A DNA stretch of 64,000 nt from Vicugna vicugna (lineage: Eukaryota), in NCBI GenBank assembly GCA_013265495.1, contig MU057880.1, positions 960,527 through 1,024,526 on the forward strand, read 5' to 3'. Below, one piece after another: positions 1 through 13,300 of the stretch. The notes beneath the pieces are model-generated. The model saw nothing but the letters and a program-made list of their open reading frames with translations. It did no database searches and was not told the DNA's origin. The position numbers and the translations under genes are program-made. Position 1 is the first letter of the stretch. Every line of letters begins with the position of its first letter.

Positions 1-47
1 CCCCCCCCGCCCCACCAGCCTGCTCAGTGCAGACCCTCAGCGGTTAC

Positions 48-125
48 CTTTGGTGCCCCGTCCTTCTGTATCCCTACATCGTTGGTGGCGACCCCCTTCA
101 CGCTTCCGTCTTCATGATAAAGGAC
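48..125 (-). CDS. ETFDH: ETFDH coding exon 6 (78 nt), [26 protein letters not shown]
   Basis: Minus-strand tag|GTC...AAG|gtaac boundaries; peptide recognised as ETF-ubiquinone oxidoreductase; phase 0-0. Confidence 0.96.
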
Positions 126-2264
126 CTAGAATGCAAACACATTTCCTTATCACCTTAGGATTCGTAACCGCCTTGGAAAGCAACAACGAACAGCCCTAGA
201 CTTTCTAGGAGGTGAACGTGTCCTCTTGACGACAGGCTTAAGGATGTTGTGGGGAAAAAAAGGCAAGTTTCTAAGACACAGCCTTCTAGATGGAGCAGAA
301 TGCGGCTCAGACAGGCAGAGGTGGAAGAAATGCTCCATCTGATGGGGAGGGACGGGGCTGGCGGAGGGGACACTGACAAAGCAGGCGAGATGCAGCAGGG
401 AGCCTTCTGCTGGGTTCGGGGGTCAGAGACACATGCGTGAACCTGGAGTCAGGGCCAGGACAGGTGAGGGCCGCCGGTGGGGTGGGACAAGGACACTGTC
501 GGGGAAGCTCTGTCCCCCGGAAGCTGCGACCCGGACACAGACATCACAGAGGGGTTGAAGACAGCCTGAAGGTGACTCAAGCTTGTTTCCAGACCACGGA
601 GGAAGGAGGGAAACTGTCCAAAAGTGTGACTCTGAAGATGAAAAATAACAATTCTCCGTAGCCCTTACTTGGTCTGTTTCCTCTGGAGGAAAACGCTCTT
701 TGGACAGGGGAGAACAAAATGCACATTATCATCACACCGCAGGAAGCCCGGGAGTGGAAAGGCGGAGCAGGACTAGCAGCAGGGCTATGACAAACAGGTA
801 TCAACCTTTTATTTGGCACCTGGGAAACCCATCAACAGCAGGATGTGGCTGTGACCTGGACTGGAGGTCGGCCTCAGAGTAACAAACACCGAGGAGGAGG
901 AGAGGCGCAGGAGAGGTGCAGGGGCCTCTGAGAATGTGTGTGCGTGCGCATGCACGTGCACGCTCATGAGCACGTGTGCCCACACGTTCAAAAACTGAAA
1001 GTCATGGACTCTACAAACCACCTGCTGTGACTGAGACACTGACTCCCAGCCAAGAACAGCTTATGCAGGAGAAAGGCACAACCAAGTGCACACCTGTGAC
1101 CCGGGGAACAGCAGCCAGCAGCAGCAGGCGTCCCGCGGGGACCTGGCTGTCCTGTTTGACTTGCACGTTGTCAGGGTGAGAACGTTTTTTGAGTTTTCGC
1201 TGGTGACAAGAACAAAAGAACTCCTGCTCCCATGCAGAACCTTCTAGTGTTTCCTTCAGACAACTTAACTATAAGTCCTTTCCTGTCTCTCTTAGATCTA
1301 CGGGAAGCGTGTCAGTTAAGAGTGAAATGAGCCCCGCCGCAGGCCTGTATCTCAGTCGTGCGTTTCGCGGGGCCTCAGAGACGGCTCTGCCGTGTGAACA
1401 CCGAGCATGGTGCCCGTCTCCGTCTGCGGGGGAGTCCGGGCTTCCTGCTGCTCCAAGCTGTCCCTCCCTGCGGGCCAAGGAGACACAGCAGGCTTTACTT
1501 CCCTGGATAAAGATCGTGAGCACGCATGTAACACATCGCAGCTGCCCAGCTACGTGAGAGGGTGGACGGCCGGTAACTGCGCTGAGGTCTCGGCTCAGTG
1601 CTCATTCAGTAGTAACACTGTTTCAATCTTCTTTATAATTTGGAGAGGTGCTTTTTCTGGGTTGGCAGGAGACTTTGCTTTTAATAATTTCCCAATAATA
1701 CTTAGTGAGAGTCTACAGTAGGATGTGGCTGCCATAAGAGTTCCTTTGAGGGAATTATTGGAAGAACAGCTTCTAGAATGAAGGCGGCAACAGTCCTGCT
1801 GCACACGAGGCTGGAATTCCTCCCGGTGCCGCTTTAAGGAGGGGACAACAGGGGATGCGCTCAGAGGACGGCAAGAAACTGACGCATCTCGAAGTACATA
1901 ACGTGACAGCTCTAAGAATGAACAATATGTCACCGGGGAAAGGAACACACCAGTGAAGGTGGGGAGGAAGAGCAGGGCGGCGGCGTAACTGGAAAGCTGC
2001 CCCTGCAAGGGGACACAGGGTCGCTCTCTGTAGTACAGAACAGTGCATAAATGTCTCTTCACTGCAAGGAAGAGGGTTTTACCAACAACCCAGACGTCAG
2101 AGGTCGTGTTCAGTCCCATGCCGGACGACCACCTGGTGTGGGGACAAGGGATTCAAGCACTCTTTGGATTAGCTCTTGTTAGGATTTCCTCTAATCCTGC
2201 AATTCTAAAATCCTATGGCCTTTCTAAAATATTTATTTATTTACTCTGCACCATTCTTGGGTTA

Positions 2265-2459
<195 letters not shown>

Positions 2460-2867
2460 TTACACGTCGGACTTTTCATTGGTAAACATCTCCAGAACAT
2501 ACATACTCAATTTAGAAATTCTAATCACATGTAATTTCTGCATAAATACACACATTGTCTTAAGGCCATTATTCAGATTTATTTTCCAACAATTCTGGTC
2601 TAGAACTCAAATGACTAAATTGAAAACAACATTACAGAACTAACTTAAACATTTCTGCTGGCTTACAAGACTATCTCAATTCTTCTAGACTGGAAGACAG
2701 AAGAACCGAGCTCTAGTCCTGCCTTCCTACCCAGAGTTTCACAGCTGGCTTGTGGGGAAGTCCTTCAAGTCCCTGGGCTTTACTTTTCTCATCTACAAGA
2801 GGAAGCGCTTTCCCCAGAGGACACGCAGTTCCCTCCAGCTGCGGGACTTTACGTTCGACAACTATCA

Positions 2868-3056
<189 letters not shown>

Positions 3057-3339
3057 TCACTTTTCCTTCATCACTTCCTTTGGAAAACTTGACACTGTCA
3101 ATCCTTGTCTCCCTGAGGTGGGTGGGAATCTTTCTTAAACCTAAGTAAGCCGGTCTGCATCTCAGGACTGTCTTTCTCGGGGGCCTGGAGGCAGCTGTCT
3201 TTGGAATGTGAAGGCAGGGAGAGTAGCTTCCTGTCTCCCTGTCTCTGTGGGATGTGAGCCTACGCACCTGCTTCCACCAGCTGTCACTTCCTGCTCGATG
3301 GAAACAGAAGTTTTATTTTTCCTTCAGGTAAAGACAATT

Positions 3340-3850
3340 AACATGTGTGCAGTAGACTGGACCTGCCCAGCTACATAAGGCCTCGATATGAAAAACTTTT
3401 TCTCCTAGAACTGATACTATGTCAGTAAGTCAAAGATACCTACTTCTGACGTACGATTGAAGAGAGAACGTTCATCAGGCACAACCATGGTATTTCTAGG
3501 TGAAAGGAGCGTGCTGCTTTAGAGAGGAATGTGGTCACGTGTGCTAAGCACCACGGCCGCAGCCCAGCTCGGTCCAGCCTCGGCCTCTCTGAGGTACGTC
3601 ACCGTCACCGTGGTCTCGCTCCCCGTACTGACGAGGTCGCCTCCTGTAGACCCTGCCTGGACGGTGACAGTGCCTGAACTAATCCTTCTGCTTGTGACCG
3701 CGTGCCCCACTCCTCGGCCTTCAGAAACCTTTCCTTTCCTGCAGCTCTTTGGAGCCCCATTCTGTTCCCTAGACGACTCACGAGTCACCAAATAAAGCTA
3801 ATTTGACCTTTAGATTCACTCGGCTGACTTGTTTTTTCAGTCTTTACAAA
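3340..3850 (+). mobile_element. Probable solo LTR (ERV1 / MER34-like) in ETFDH intron 3
   Basis: 3' half has aaataaagctaatt...tttttcagtctttaca, resembling an LTR R/U5 end; family recognised from memory only. Confidence 0.45.
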
Positions 3851-4462
3851 GTGTATTCACAGATACTCAACACTCTATAACCAGAGAGGTGGGAGAGGTG
3901 TAGTTACGCATCTGACAGAGGGAAAAACTGAGATACAGAGTGTAAGAGTTTAACCAAGGACATACAAATGAATCAGCTAGTGCCGTCAAACCAGACTTTG
4001 CCTCTCTGTGTATCATGCCAGAGATTTTTCTGCTTAGATTATTTATTTTATTATTACTATTATTTCCTTAGAAAATTAGGTTCAGTTATTCCCTGTGGCT
4101 TCAGGTACTGCAACATCTCAAGGAAGTTACCTAACGTTATTAAGAGCGAGGATGTAAACAGCCACGGAACAAGTCAGGAAAGACCCTCCAAACCAAAACT
4201 ATCCCTAGGTTTTCTCCAGGTGAGGCCTCCTCACAAAGCCAGTACACAAACACAGCACGTGCAAGGCATTAGGTAAAAGTGAGTTGGCATCTTAAAGTTG
4301 TATTCGGTATGATTCAGATTCTTGGTCCTTTTTAACTTAGCTTGCATCTCCAATTATCCTCTAAGAGACAGAATTCTGTGAAGAGGGTGTCCCACATCCC
4401 ATTAATTTGGAAACAGAGCTACTACATAGGTCAGACTCAGCACAGAGAACAATTTTTCATAC

Positions 4463-4692
4463 TCCCTTCTCCTTCCAGTCTGGGAAGAGCTCCTGGAGAG
4501 CGCGGGGGTCAAGGCAGGCCCCCGAGAGGGTGTGAGCCCCGATCTGGGCCGCCTTCTCCACCAGACACACGCGGAGGTCCTTGCCATGCTGGGTGGCCAA
4601 CTGCTTCAGCCGGGCAGCGGCCGAGAGCCCGGCGGGGCCGGCGCCCACGACCACCACGTCCGCCTCCTCTGCAAACCTCTCCATGTTCACTC
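4463..4692 (-). CDS. ETFDH: ETFDH coding exon 3 (230 nt), FAD-binding Rossmann motif [14 protein letters not shown]
   Basis: Within ORF 4457..4798; GxGxxG motif; cag|GA...GGA|gtatg. Confidence 0.97.
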
Positions 4693-5073
4693 CTGCCAGG
4701 GGAGGAGGGGAAAACACAAACAAACACTGGGTGACTATGACCCGACAGAAGCCCAGGCTCACAGGTCCCCACCCTCCTTCAGAGCATCGTTTACACACGT
4801 CGCCCTCTGCTCTGCGTGAGGATTACACTACATTCTTCATTGTCTTAGTGGAACGTTCTCTTCCATTCTGTTCCAGGGCGCGTCTGATTTTGGCTTTGAG
4901 GTTTATTACTATCACCTCTCAAATATCTGCTTATCTAAATATTAATATGTACCAGATTTGGTAAAGTTATACAATATCAGATGATTTTATACCATCATGA
5001 AAGATACAGTATTTACTCCCACAGAAGGACTCAAAAGAAGAGTCTCAGCGATTTTACACAAACGGTCACTCAC

Positions 5074-5214
5074 CTTCCCATCGCTTGTCCTTGTCCCGGG
5101 GGTAAATGGTGTAGTGGGTCGTAATTCGAGGAACTACAGAAGTGGTGGACCATCTTGCGGCACACGGAGGTAGGTAATTTTTCTTAATTTTTAAGGCATG
5201 ATAGCATGGATGTG
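5074..5214 (-). CDS. ETFDH: ETFDH coding exon 2 (141 nt), rest of mitochondrial transit peptide and start of mature protein (...[19 protein letters not shown])
   Basis: Manual translation; cag|CA...GAAG|gtgag; phase 1-1. Confidence 0.95.
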
Positions 5215-6589
5215 CTGCACAAAAATTAGAAACATTATTTTTTTTAATTAGTTTTACTCAGGAGTTGACTGGAAAATAAATTTTTTTAAGCAAAAAACCC
5301 CCCAAAACCCCAATAACCCCCCAGCAAAAACCCCCCAAAACAAACTTAGGATTGGGGATCTTCTCTGGCTTCTGTTTAGTTTTCTTTTAATTAGCCCTAA
5401 AACCTTACACAGATCACTTAACTTCTCTAGATTTCAGTTTCCTCATCCAAAAGAGTAAAGGGTTTCTAGGTTGGTCTGACATCAGCAGGGTCAGGGAAGA
5501 GTAAGCTCTCGCTGTGGAGCTGTCAGGTGACATGACAGGTGTGCTCTGTCCTGGATGAACAATTCAGAGCCTTTCCTCATAAAGCAGGGCTTTCAATTCG
5601 TCATATTTACAGAGCATGTAACAAACGATCCAATTTCCTTCACGTCAAACTTAACCTAGAAGCAGGATGACTGTGTAAGCTGCCATCTGAACTGGCCGCT
5701 TTTGAGAGTAACAAGGGGCAGTGTTAAAGACAACGCTGGGACAATGCGGACAAACCACATTCTATGCTCAGCTTCCTGTTAAATTAAGTTGACCCTCCCA
5801 TATGCCAATAACTTCTGAGCACCTCAAAAATGGGTATATTCTTTGAGTTAGCAAACGGAATTTTATGGAAATAAACAGAAGTGTGCAAAGATTTATCTGC
5901 AAGAATGTTCATGAAACCTCTGTTGTCCTTAAACCTTCACCTCTGTCTCCCTCCCTCCCTTACCTGAAGCCCCACACGTCAAACCTCACGGAAAGGAGGG
6001 GCGCCCAGGTGGGAACTCTCTGCGCTCCCGGCCTCCAGCGCTGGTGTAATCTGTACTTGTGCCCACCCTCCCTTCGTGCTCTCAGGTCACAACAGAAGAG
6101 ATGTCTCTTCTCTTCACTTGGCCTAACCCTTCTGCCTGCGGATTTATGCGGCTTACCCTTCCTGCCTTCCCAGAGGCATTCCTACGTCACCCCCCCCAAC
6201 TTACGCCCGTTTCTTCCAGTTCTCACTCCTCCTCTGGCAATCCTCCCCATGTAAAAGACAGGACAGAGAATCCTCCCTTGGGAATAACCCCGAAAGACAT
6301 AAACACTTACACCTGGAGCTATAATCACTTAGAAGTCTGCTATGGGAGAAGAGGCAGAGTAGGTCCCAGTGTGAGCCTATATATTTAGGCATAAATATTT
6401 GCTGACTGACTATCGGTCCTTTTTATATTCTCCTTCATTAGGGTACTCATTTATGACTCATGATATTATTAAGCAGGTTGGTGCTTTTTCAGTGTAATTT
6501 TCTGTTAAAAGGCACACTAGAGTCGTAAATCAGAGGCACTAAAATGCCAACGTGAGGGGATGAAAAGCTAAGCCAGAGGCTGCAAAACA

Positions 6590-7790
6590 CTCAGTTGATA
6601 AAGAGCTGGAATCCAAAATAGACAAAGCACTCATAAACACCCAACAAGAAAACAACTCAGTTGAGAAATGGGCAAAAGATCTGAATAGATACGTCAGCAA
6701 AGAAGATATTTAGGTGGAAAACAAGCCTAGGAAAAGATGCTGGACATCTTGTGCCATTAGGGAACTGCAAATTAAAACAATGAGATAGGACTACACGCCT
6801 ATCAAAACGGCCAAAGTCCAGAACACAGACATCACCAAATGCTAGGAGGACACAGCAGAGCAGCAGGAACTCTCATTCCCTCCTAGGGAAACACAGTATG
6901 GCACAGCCACTTTGGAAGACAGGCCAGGCCGGCAGTTTCTACCAAGCTAACTCTCAACATAGCATCCAGCAGTTGCCAGTGCATTCCCTGGTATTTACCA
7001 AAAGGAGCTGAAAATAACATCTGCACAAAAACCTGCAGTCAAGCGGGGTGAGTCATTTCTTGAGGGCTGCTGTACAACACAGACCTGCAGTCAACAGTAG
7101 TGTACTGTGCAGTCAGAATTTCGTTCAGAGTGTGTATCTCATGTTATCACAACAAAATGAAATATGCAGAATTAAAAAAAAATCTTCACATGAATGTGTA
7201 AAGCAGATCAAAGCTTGGAAGATGTCTTTCAGTGGGTGAATGGATAGTCTGGTGCATCCACTCAATGGAATATTACTCAGCACTAAAAAGAAATGCGCTA
7301 TTAGCCATGAAAAGATGTGGGGAAAATGCAGACACATATCGAAAGAAGCCAACCTGAAAATGCTAGATGCTGTATGATTCCAACTATACAAAACTCTGGA
7401 AAAAGCAAAACTATAGACACAGTAAAAAGACCAGTGAGTGCCAGGGGTTCAGGAAGAGGGAGAAGGGGTGTGTGTGGAACATGGGGGGGTTTGTGGGGCA
7501 GGGAGACTGTTCTGATAATGTAATTGACGGTGGATACATGTCATTACACATGTGTTAAAACCATCGGATGTACAACACGTAGCGTGAACCTTGGTATAAA
7601 CTATGGACTTTGATAATAACATTATCAGTATTGGCTCCCTAGTTGTGCCAAACGTACCACACCAATGCAAGATGTCTGCGGGGAGTGGGGGAAAGTTACA
7701 CGGAAACTCTGTGTACTTTCTGCTCAATTTTTCTTTCAACCTACAGCTGCTAAAAAAAAAGTTTATTAAATGAAAACAAAACAAACACAA
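6590..7790 (+). mobile_element. Old L1 3' fragment (ORF2 end + 3' UTR) with a small nested L1 3'-end insertion near 7040-7185
   Basis: Diagnostic aaatgggcaaaagatctgaatagatac and gccactttggaagac; A-rich end; degenerate duplication aaaaacctgca / aaaaatcttca around the nested piece. Confidence 0.8.
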
Positions 7791-8271
7791 AAGACAACAC
7801 AGAAAAAGGCAGCGGTTAAGTGTACACAACTTGGAGGCTGTCTACTTTGTGTTTGAATTCAGCAAGTTATTAACTATCCCCACCCCATCAGTTCCAAAGT
7901 TTACAGTCAATCTTTGCCTTGGAAATACTGTGGTGTAGGATTTGGTGCATGTCTTACCCAGAGCAAGTAGCTAATACACATTTATTAACTGGGTAGGGAC
8001 CTTCCTACTTACAATTTTAACTGTCATCCAGGAATCTGAAAATCCCTGGTTTAGTTTCCTAAAACTAACTCCTGGGTTACAGAGCAATAATAATAATAAT
8101 GAAGCCTTTCCCAGCTTTTATCTGTTATAATGAAGCATCTATCTGCAAATGAACAAGTTTCTAAACATGGAATAAAAAATAAATAGTAAAGATCAACAAA
8201 GAGTTTTGTATGGGTCTGGAATATATAATGACATTTACATCTCCATGGACATACTGATCAGTTAGGAATTT

Positions 8272-8744
8272 TCAGCACCACATCTTTTTTTTTCTTTCAG
8301 TTTTTAACACTTCTCTCATTTATTTGCAAAAAAGGTATGCCAAAACATATTAAAGATGTAGAAGACTTGAAGAACATTATCCACTACCTTGACCTAACTG
8401 ACTTTTGGAGAATACTTTATTCAACAATGGGAGACTATACATTCTTTTCTGGTACACATGTAATATTTATCAAGATAGACAATATTCTGGGCCATGAAAC
8501 AAGTCTCAATAAACTTAAACTAATTGAAATCTTACAAAATGGGTTCTGTTACCACATCAGAATTCAACAGAATCGTATCTGGAAAATACTCAAATTTTGC
8601 AAAATTAAGCAATAAAGTTCTAAAAATAACTGGGTTCAAAAAGAAATCACAAGGGTAATTAGGAAATACTTTGAACTGAATTAAACTGAAAAACAACATA
8701 TTAAATTTTGTGCCATATAGCTAATGAAGTCAGCACCACATCTT
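8272..8744 (-). mobile_element. TSD-flanked retroposed insertion carrying an antisense L1 ORF2 fragment
   Basis: 15-bp direct repeat tcagcaccacatctt (8272-8286 and 8730-8744); poly(T) at left; minus-strand AATAAA at 8319-8324; ORF 8337..8615 (+) is L1 endonuclease-like (YTFFSGTH...KID.ILGH). Confidence 0.8.
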
Positions 8745-9945
8745 ATCCTTCATGAATTTATGTGACTTGTGGGGTGGCTCCAATCCCCATTTACAGCAGA
8801 TGAGGAGGAATTCAGGTGATCCCAGCCAATCCCAGTCTAACCCTCCCAACACCAGTCACTCTGAGACCACAACTGGATTTCAAGTGATCTCGGAAGTAAC
8901 AGAGACTGAGCTGTGGGGAAAACAAGTTGTTTTCTTTTTTGCTTTCCTGATTAAAAGGAGACATGACAGCCTAGCATTGGCCAATTATTTTTATTCATTA
9001 GCATCCAACTGCATAATATATTCTTACATTTTCTTTCCAATACAATTTTTTTTAAAGTTAAAATCTGGCAGCAGACAAGAGTTAAAAATTATGGTAAATG
9101 CAGGAGGGGAAAAGATTTGAAGTGAATTCTAAAGCCTCTTAAACACTAAAAAATCTGTTTTTGATAATCACACTAAAGAAAAAAGTGTCAAGGTAACTAA
9201 TTTTCTCTACTTGTAAACAGTACACTAAAACCCATAATATTGGGAATAATTTTTTAAACCACAGTTAAACCCTTCACCTATCCTAAATCTTGAAAAAAAT
9301 GATAAAGGTATCACAGGAGAGCCCAGTTCCACTGTTCAAATACAGTATTACCATCATTCAAAAGAACATTTATTTATTAAATATTTAGCAATATACTTAA
9401 CATTTAATAATACTTCATTATTTATTATTAAACATAAACTTATGATGCACTGTAGTTTAGTGTATGAAGTTACCATTTGCTTCTGAAACTGCTGATTTGG
9501 TGTCAGACAACACTGTAATTCTATTGCTTATACAGTGACTGATTTTCTCAAAAATATCTGGAACTGGATCATCTGATTTCCTCCTGGGGGTTGGGAAAAA
9601 AAAGCCATGACCTTTACCCCCTTTATGAAAACAAATCTGGTACTTTAGAGATTTAAACACTTAGACATCTTGGCTGGATTCTGGTGGAGAAGTGAGGTCA
9701 AAAGTCTGCTGAACTCAGGACACGTCAAAATCACACCTGTGGTGCACCTGTGTCCGTGTCTCTGACGCCAGCAGTGCTAACACCGGGCCATGAAAATGGC
9801 GATGACTGAAACATCTGAGGAAGATGGAAATGGTGATTTTGGTGGGATTTGGTTAGCATTTGGCCCAAGAATGATTTCAACTAAATTAAGAGTAGGGCAG
9901 ACAGCACCCCACTCCTTTGATATTACAAAATAACATAGAGCATAC

Positions 9946-10372
9946 TGTGGGTGAAGAATGTTGCCGGCCACCCCTGTAAACAAAGGACGTTGCTGCCATC
10001 AAGCCCTCAGCCACAGCAGCCTCCCCCCAACCTAAGAAAACAGGACACGGGCCCTAGATAGTTAAGGTGCACATGAAAGGGATGATTTCAATAAGCCCAG
10101 ACTCCTGCATCTTCCCATATATAGAAAAGTGCTAAATTCATTAACTTGAGATGTCTGGTTTTCTCTAATTAGCAGTAATCTTGTGATGCTCCCACTGCGT
10201 GGGGGTTTTCTGCACAACTCCTGTATCTCCTGGCTCCTCCCTACCCCTTGGGAGCAGTCCCTCAGAGAGATCTGGGAGGCTGTCTCTTGCGCTTACGTTC
10301 TCAGCAAGCCTGCCAAATAAACCGTAATTCTCAACTTTTAGGGTGTGCACTTTTTTTTTTTTTTTAGTTGAC
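9946..10372 (+). mobile_element. 5' LTR of ERV1-like element
   Basis: TG...GACA ends; AATAAA near 10316; clear direct-repeat homology to 14610-15019; followed by degenerate PBS-like tggggatcacacagagac. Confidence 0.85.
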
Positions 10373-13300
10373 AGCTTTGGGGATCACACAGAGACCCAGA
10401 GCAGACCTCTCTCCTTCGCCTGAACTCTGTGAGGGTCTGGAGCCTGGTATCAGTAGAGGCCTCTTAGGCCCATTCGCCGCCTCACAGGGTCCAGACAAAT
10501 CTGCATGAGTCTCTCCTGGTTCTCAGCTCTCCCGATGACTGGTTGATGACGCTGGTGGTGTCTAACAGGTACCTGGCTCCCCATCTGAAAGACACTGGGA
10601 GTTGCTGAACAATCCGGCCTGGTGACTAAGTGAGAGGCTGGCGTAACATCTCTGCCTCCAGTTAACAATCCAGCCAGGTTCATGTATGCACAAGACTTAC
10701 ACTTACAAGTACTTACTTAATTAGGAAATAAAGGAAATCTTGCCTGAAAATGACTAACATGAGGGGGAGTCTTTTATTGCATATGCAATTAAGTTAGGGA
10801 AAGTGGGCTTGATAAAACATCTTTTCAGAACTCTGATCTTAAAGAAACAAAAGCCCTTCTTGAGGGGAACTTGCATTTCTCCTTTTGTGTCTTTGAGATG
10901 TAAATGATTTACCTGATCTTCCTCAGTGTTTTGCGTGTATGTGTGCCGAGAACCTGGACTCTGCCATCTGGAAGGTACACACATGGTGGACATGTGGCAG
11001 CCTACTGAATAGACTGGGATTCTGAGCAGTTGTCCACCTGACCCTGCCAACTCTCAGGGGCTTTCTGCCATCCTAACCTTCACTGCATCAGCCTGTATGA
11101 CGAAGGCCTTTGCCTCCTTAGACTGTTTAGGGAGTAAACCTTCTGGATCTTGTTCTGGTGCCATCCTTCACACTCTTGTGGGGAAGCCGCTTGCATCTTA
11201 CTGGTTTGAATCACTATAAAGCTATATCTCATTAATGGCCAGAGGATGGATCTTTTAAATTGGAGAAGCTTCTAAACTTACGAATGTTTACAGAGCTCTC
11301 ATTGGAAGCAGCTGTTCTATTGCTACCTACGGAAAAGAACAAATTAGAAGGTGGAAAAAGATATATATATAAAATGGTTAACCTAAGAACGCCTTTAAAA
11401 CAAAAAAAAAAAAACAAACTAGTTTGGGAAGCCTTACTTGTGGTCTCCACTTCCCCTGAATGGGTCTTACAGATGCTAATAAAAACATTAGGATAATTAA
11501 TGTTAACTAGGTTGATTAACAGGGAGTTAAAAAAAAAACTGAAGTGAAAGTTTAGAGACTTATTTCCAATGAGGTGAAAATTTTAAAGACACTTGTCTCA
11601 AAATGATAAAGAAATCTACAGACGGTTATTAAGAAATGAGATGACTGGCAGCCAAGACAGTGGAGAAGCAGCAGCTGGAACTCACCTCCTCTCAGACACA
11701 GCAAGACCAAGGCTAACACAACCATCGACAGAAGACTAGAAACTACCAGACAAGACCTTCTGTAGCTAAAAACTTAAAGAAACCATGAGGAGACCGGTAG
11801 GGGGTTGGACTCACGATATAATCAGGTCTCGTACCCTCCGGGGGGGCGACCCACAAACTGGAGAATAATTAAATTGCAGGGGTTCTGCCACGGAAGCGAG
11901 AGCTCTGAGTCCCATGTCAGCTCCCCAGCCGGGGGGCCCGGCACCGGGAAGCGGCGCCCCCAGCGTGCTGGGCTTTGGAGGCCAGTGGGGCTCGACCACA
12001 GGAGCTCTGCGAGACTGGAGGAAACAGAGACCATACGTTTAGGGTTGCACAGGAAGTCCCACACTTGCTGGGACCAAGGGCAAAAGCAGTCATGTCACAG
12101 GAACCTGGGCCAGAACTACCTGCTAGTCTTGGGGGTCTCCTGGGGAGGCGTGGGGCAGCTGTGGCTCACCCTGGGGGCGTGGACATGGTGGCAGACATTG
12201 GGGGTGCTCATCTGAATGAACTCTCCTTCGGGGAGGCTGACATCTTGCTTGGACATTAGCACCGAGACTTGGCCCCACCCAACAGATTTTAAGCTCCAGA
12301 GCTGGGATGCCTCAGACCAAACAACTAGCTAGGTGGGGATGTATCCCCACCCATCAGCAGACAGCAACAACCCCTGACTCACAGCCACCTATGGACATGT
12401 CTCTAGACACGGCCCTGCCCACCAGAGAGCCAAGACTCAGCTCTACCCACCCGTGACAGGCACCAGCCTCTAGACCAGACTTACCCACCAGGGGGCAGAC
12501 TGCTGGAGCCAGAAAACTTCGATCTCACAACCCGCAAAACAACTCCACAAACACAGGCCAGAATCTGCCCTGGGACCAGCTGGCCACAGGCCCCTGGGTG
12601 ACGAATGGGGAGTGCACTGCAGGGACACATAGGACATCTCTTAGAGGGGGCCACTCCTCCAAGGTCGAGAAACATAACTAACGTGCCATACACAGAAAAA
12701 AAACAAATAGAAATTAAGACAAAATGAGGCAGCAGAGGAGTATCTTTCAGACAAAGGATAAGATAAAACCCCAGAAGAAGAACTAAGTGATGTGGAGACA
12801 GGCAATCTATCCGAGAAAGAGATCAGGGTTATGATCATAAGACTGATCAAAGATCTCAGGAGAAGAATGGATGAACAGAGTGAGAAGCTAGAATTTGTTA
12901 GCAAAGAGATAGAAAAATAAGGAACAACCAGAGATGAAGAATGCAATAACTGAAATGAAAAATACACAAGGAACCAATACTAAACAAGGCAGAAGAATGA
13001 ATCAGTGAGCTAGAAGACAGAGTAGTGGAAGTCAATGCCACAGAACAGAAAAAAGAAAAAAAGAATGAAATGAAAAATGAAGACAGTTTAAGAGTATTCT
13101 GGGACAATAGCAAATGCACTAACATTCACATTATAGGGATCCCAGAAAGAGAAGAAGAGAGAAAGGGACCAAGAAAATATTTGAAGAAATAATAGCCAAA
13201 AACTTCCCTGACCTGGGGAAGGTGTGATTAGATTAAATTCAATTAGGTAAATGGATTTTGTTATTACAAGTAGGCTGGTGCAGAACTGGACCCGGTTCCT

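Noticed and set aside
1595..2119. 174-aa minus-strand ORF in ETFDH intron 5
   Set aside because: No recognisable homology or splice support; the ETFDH frame is complete without it.
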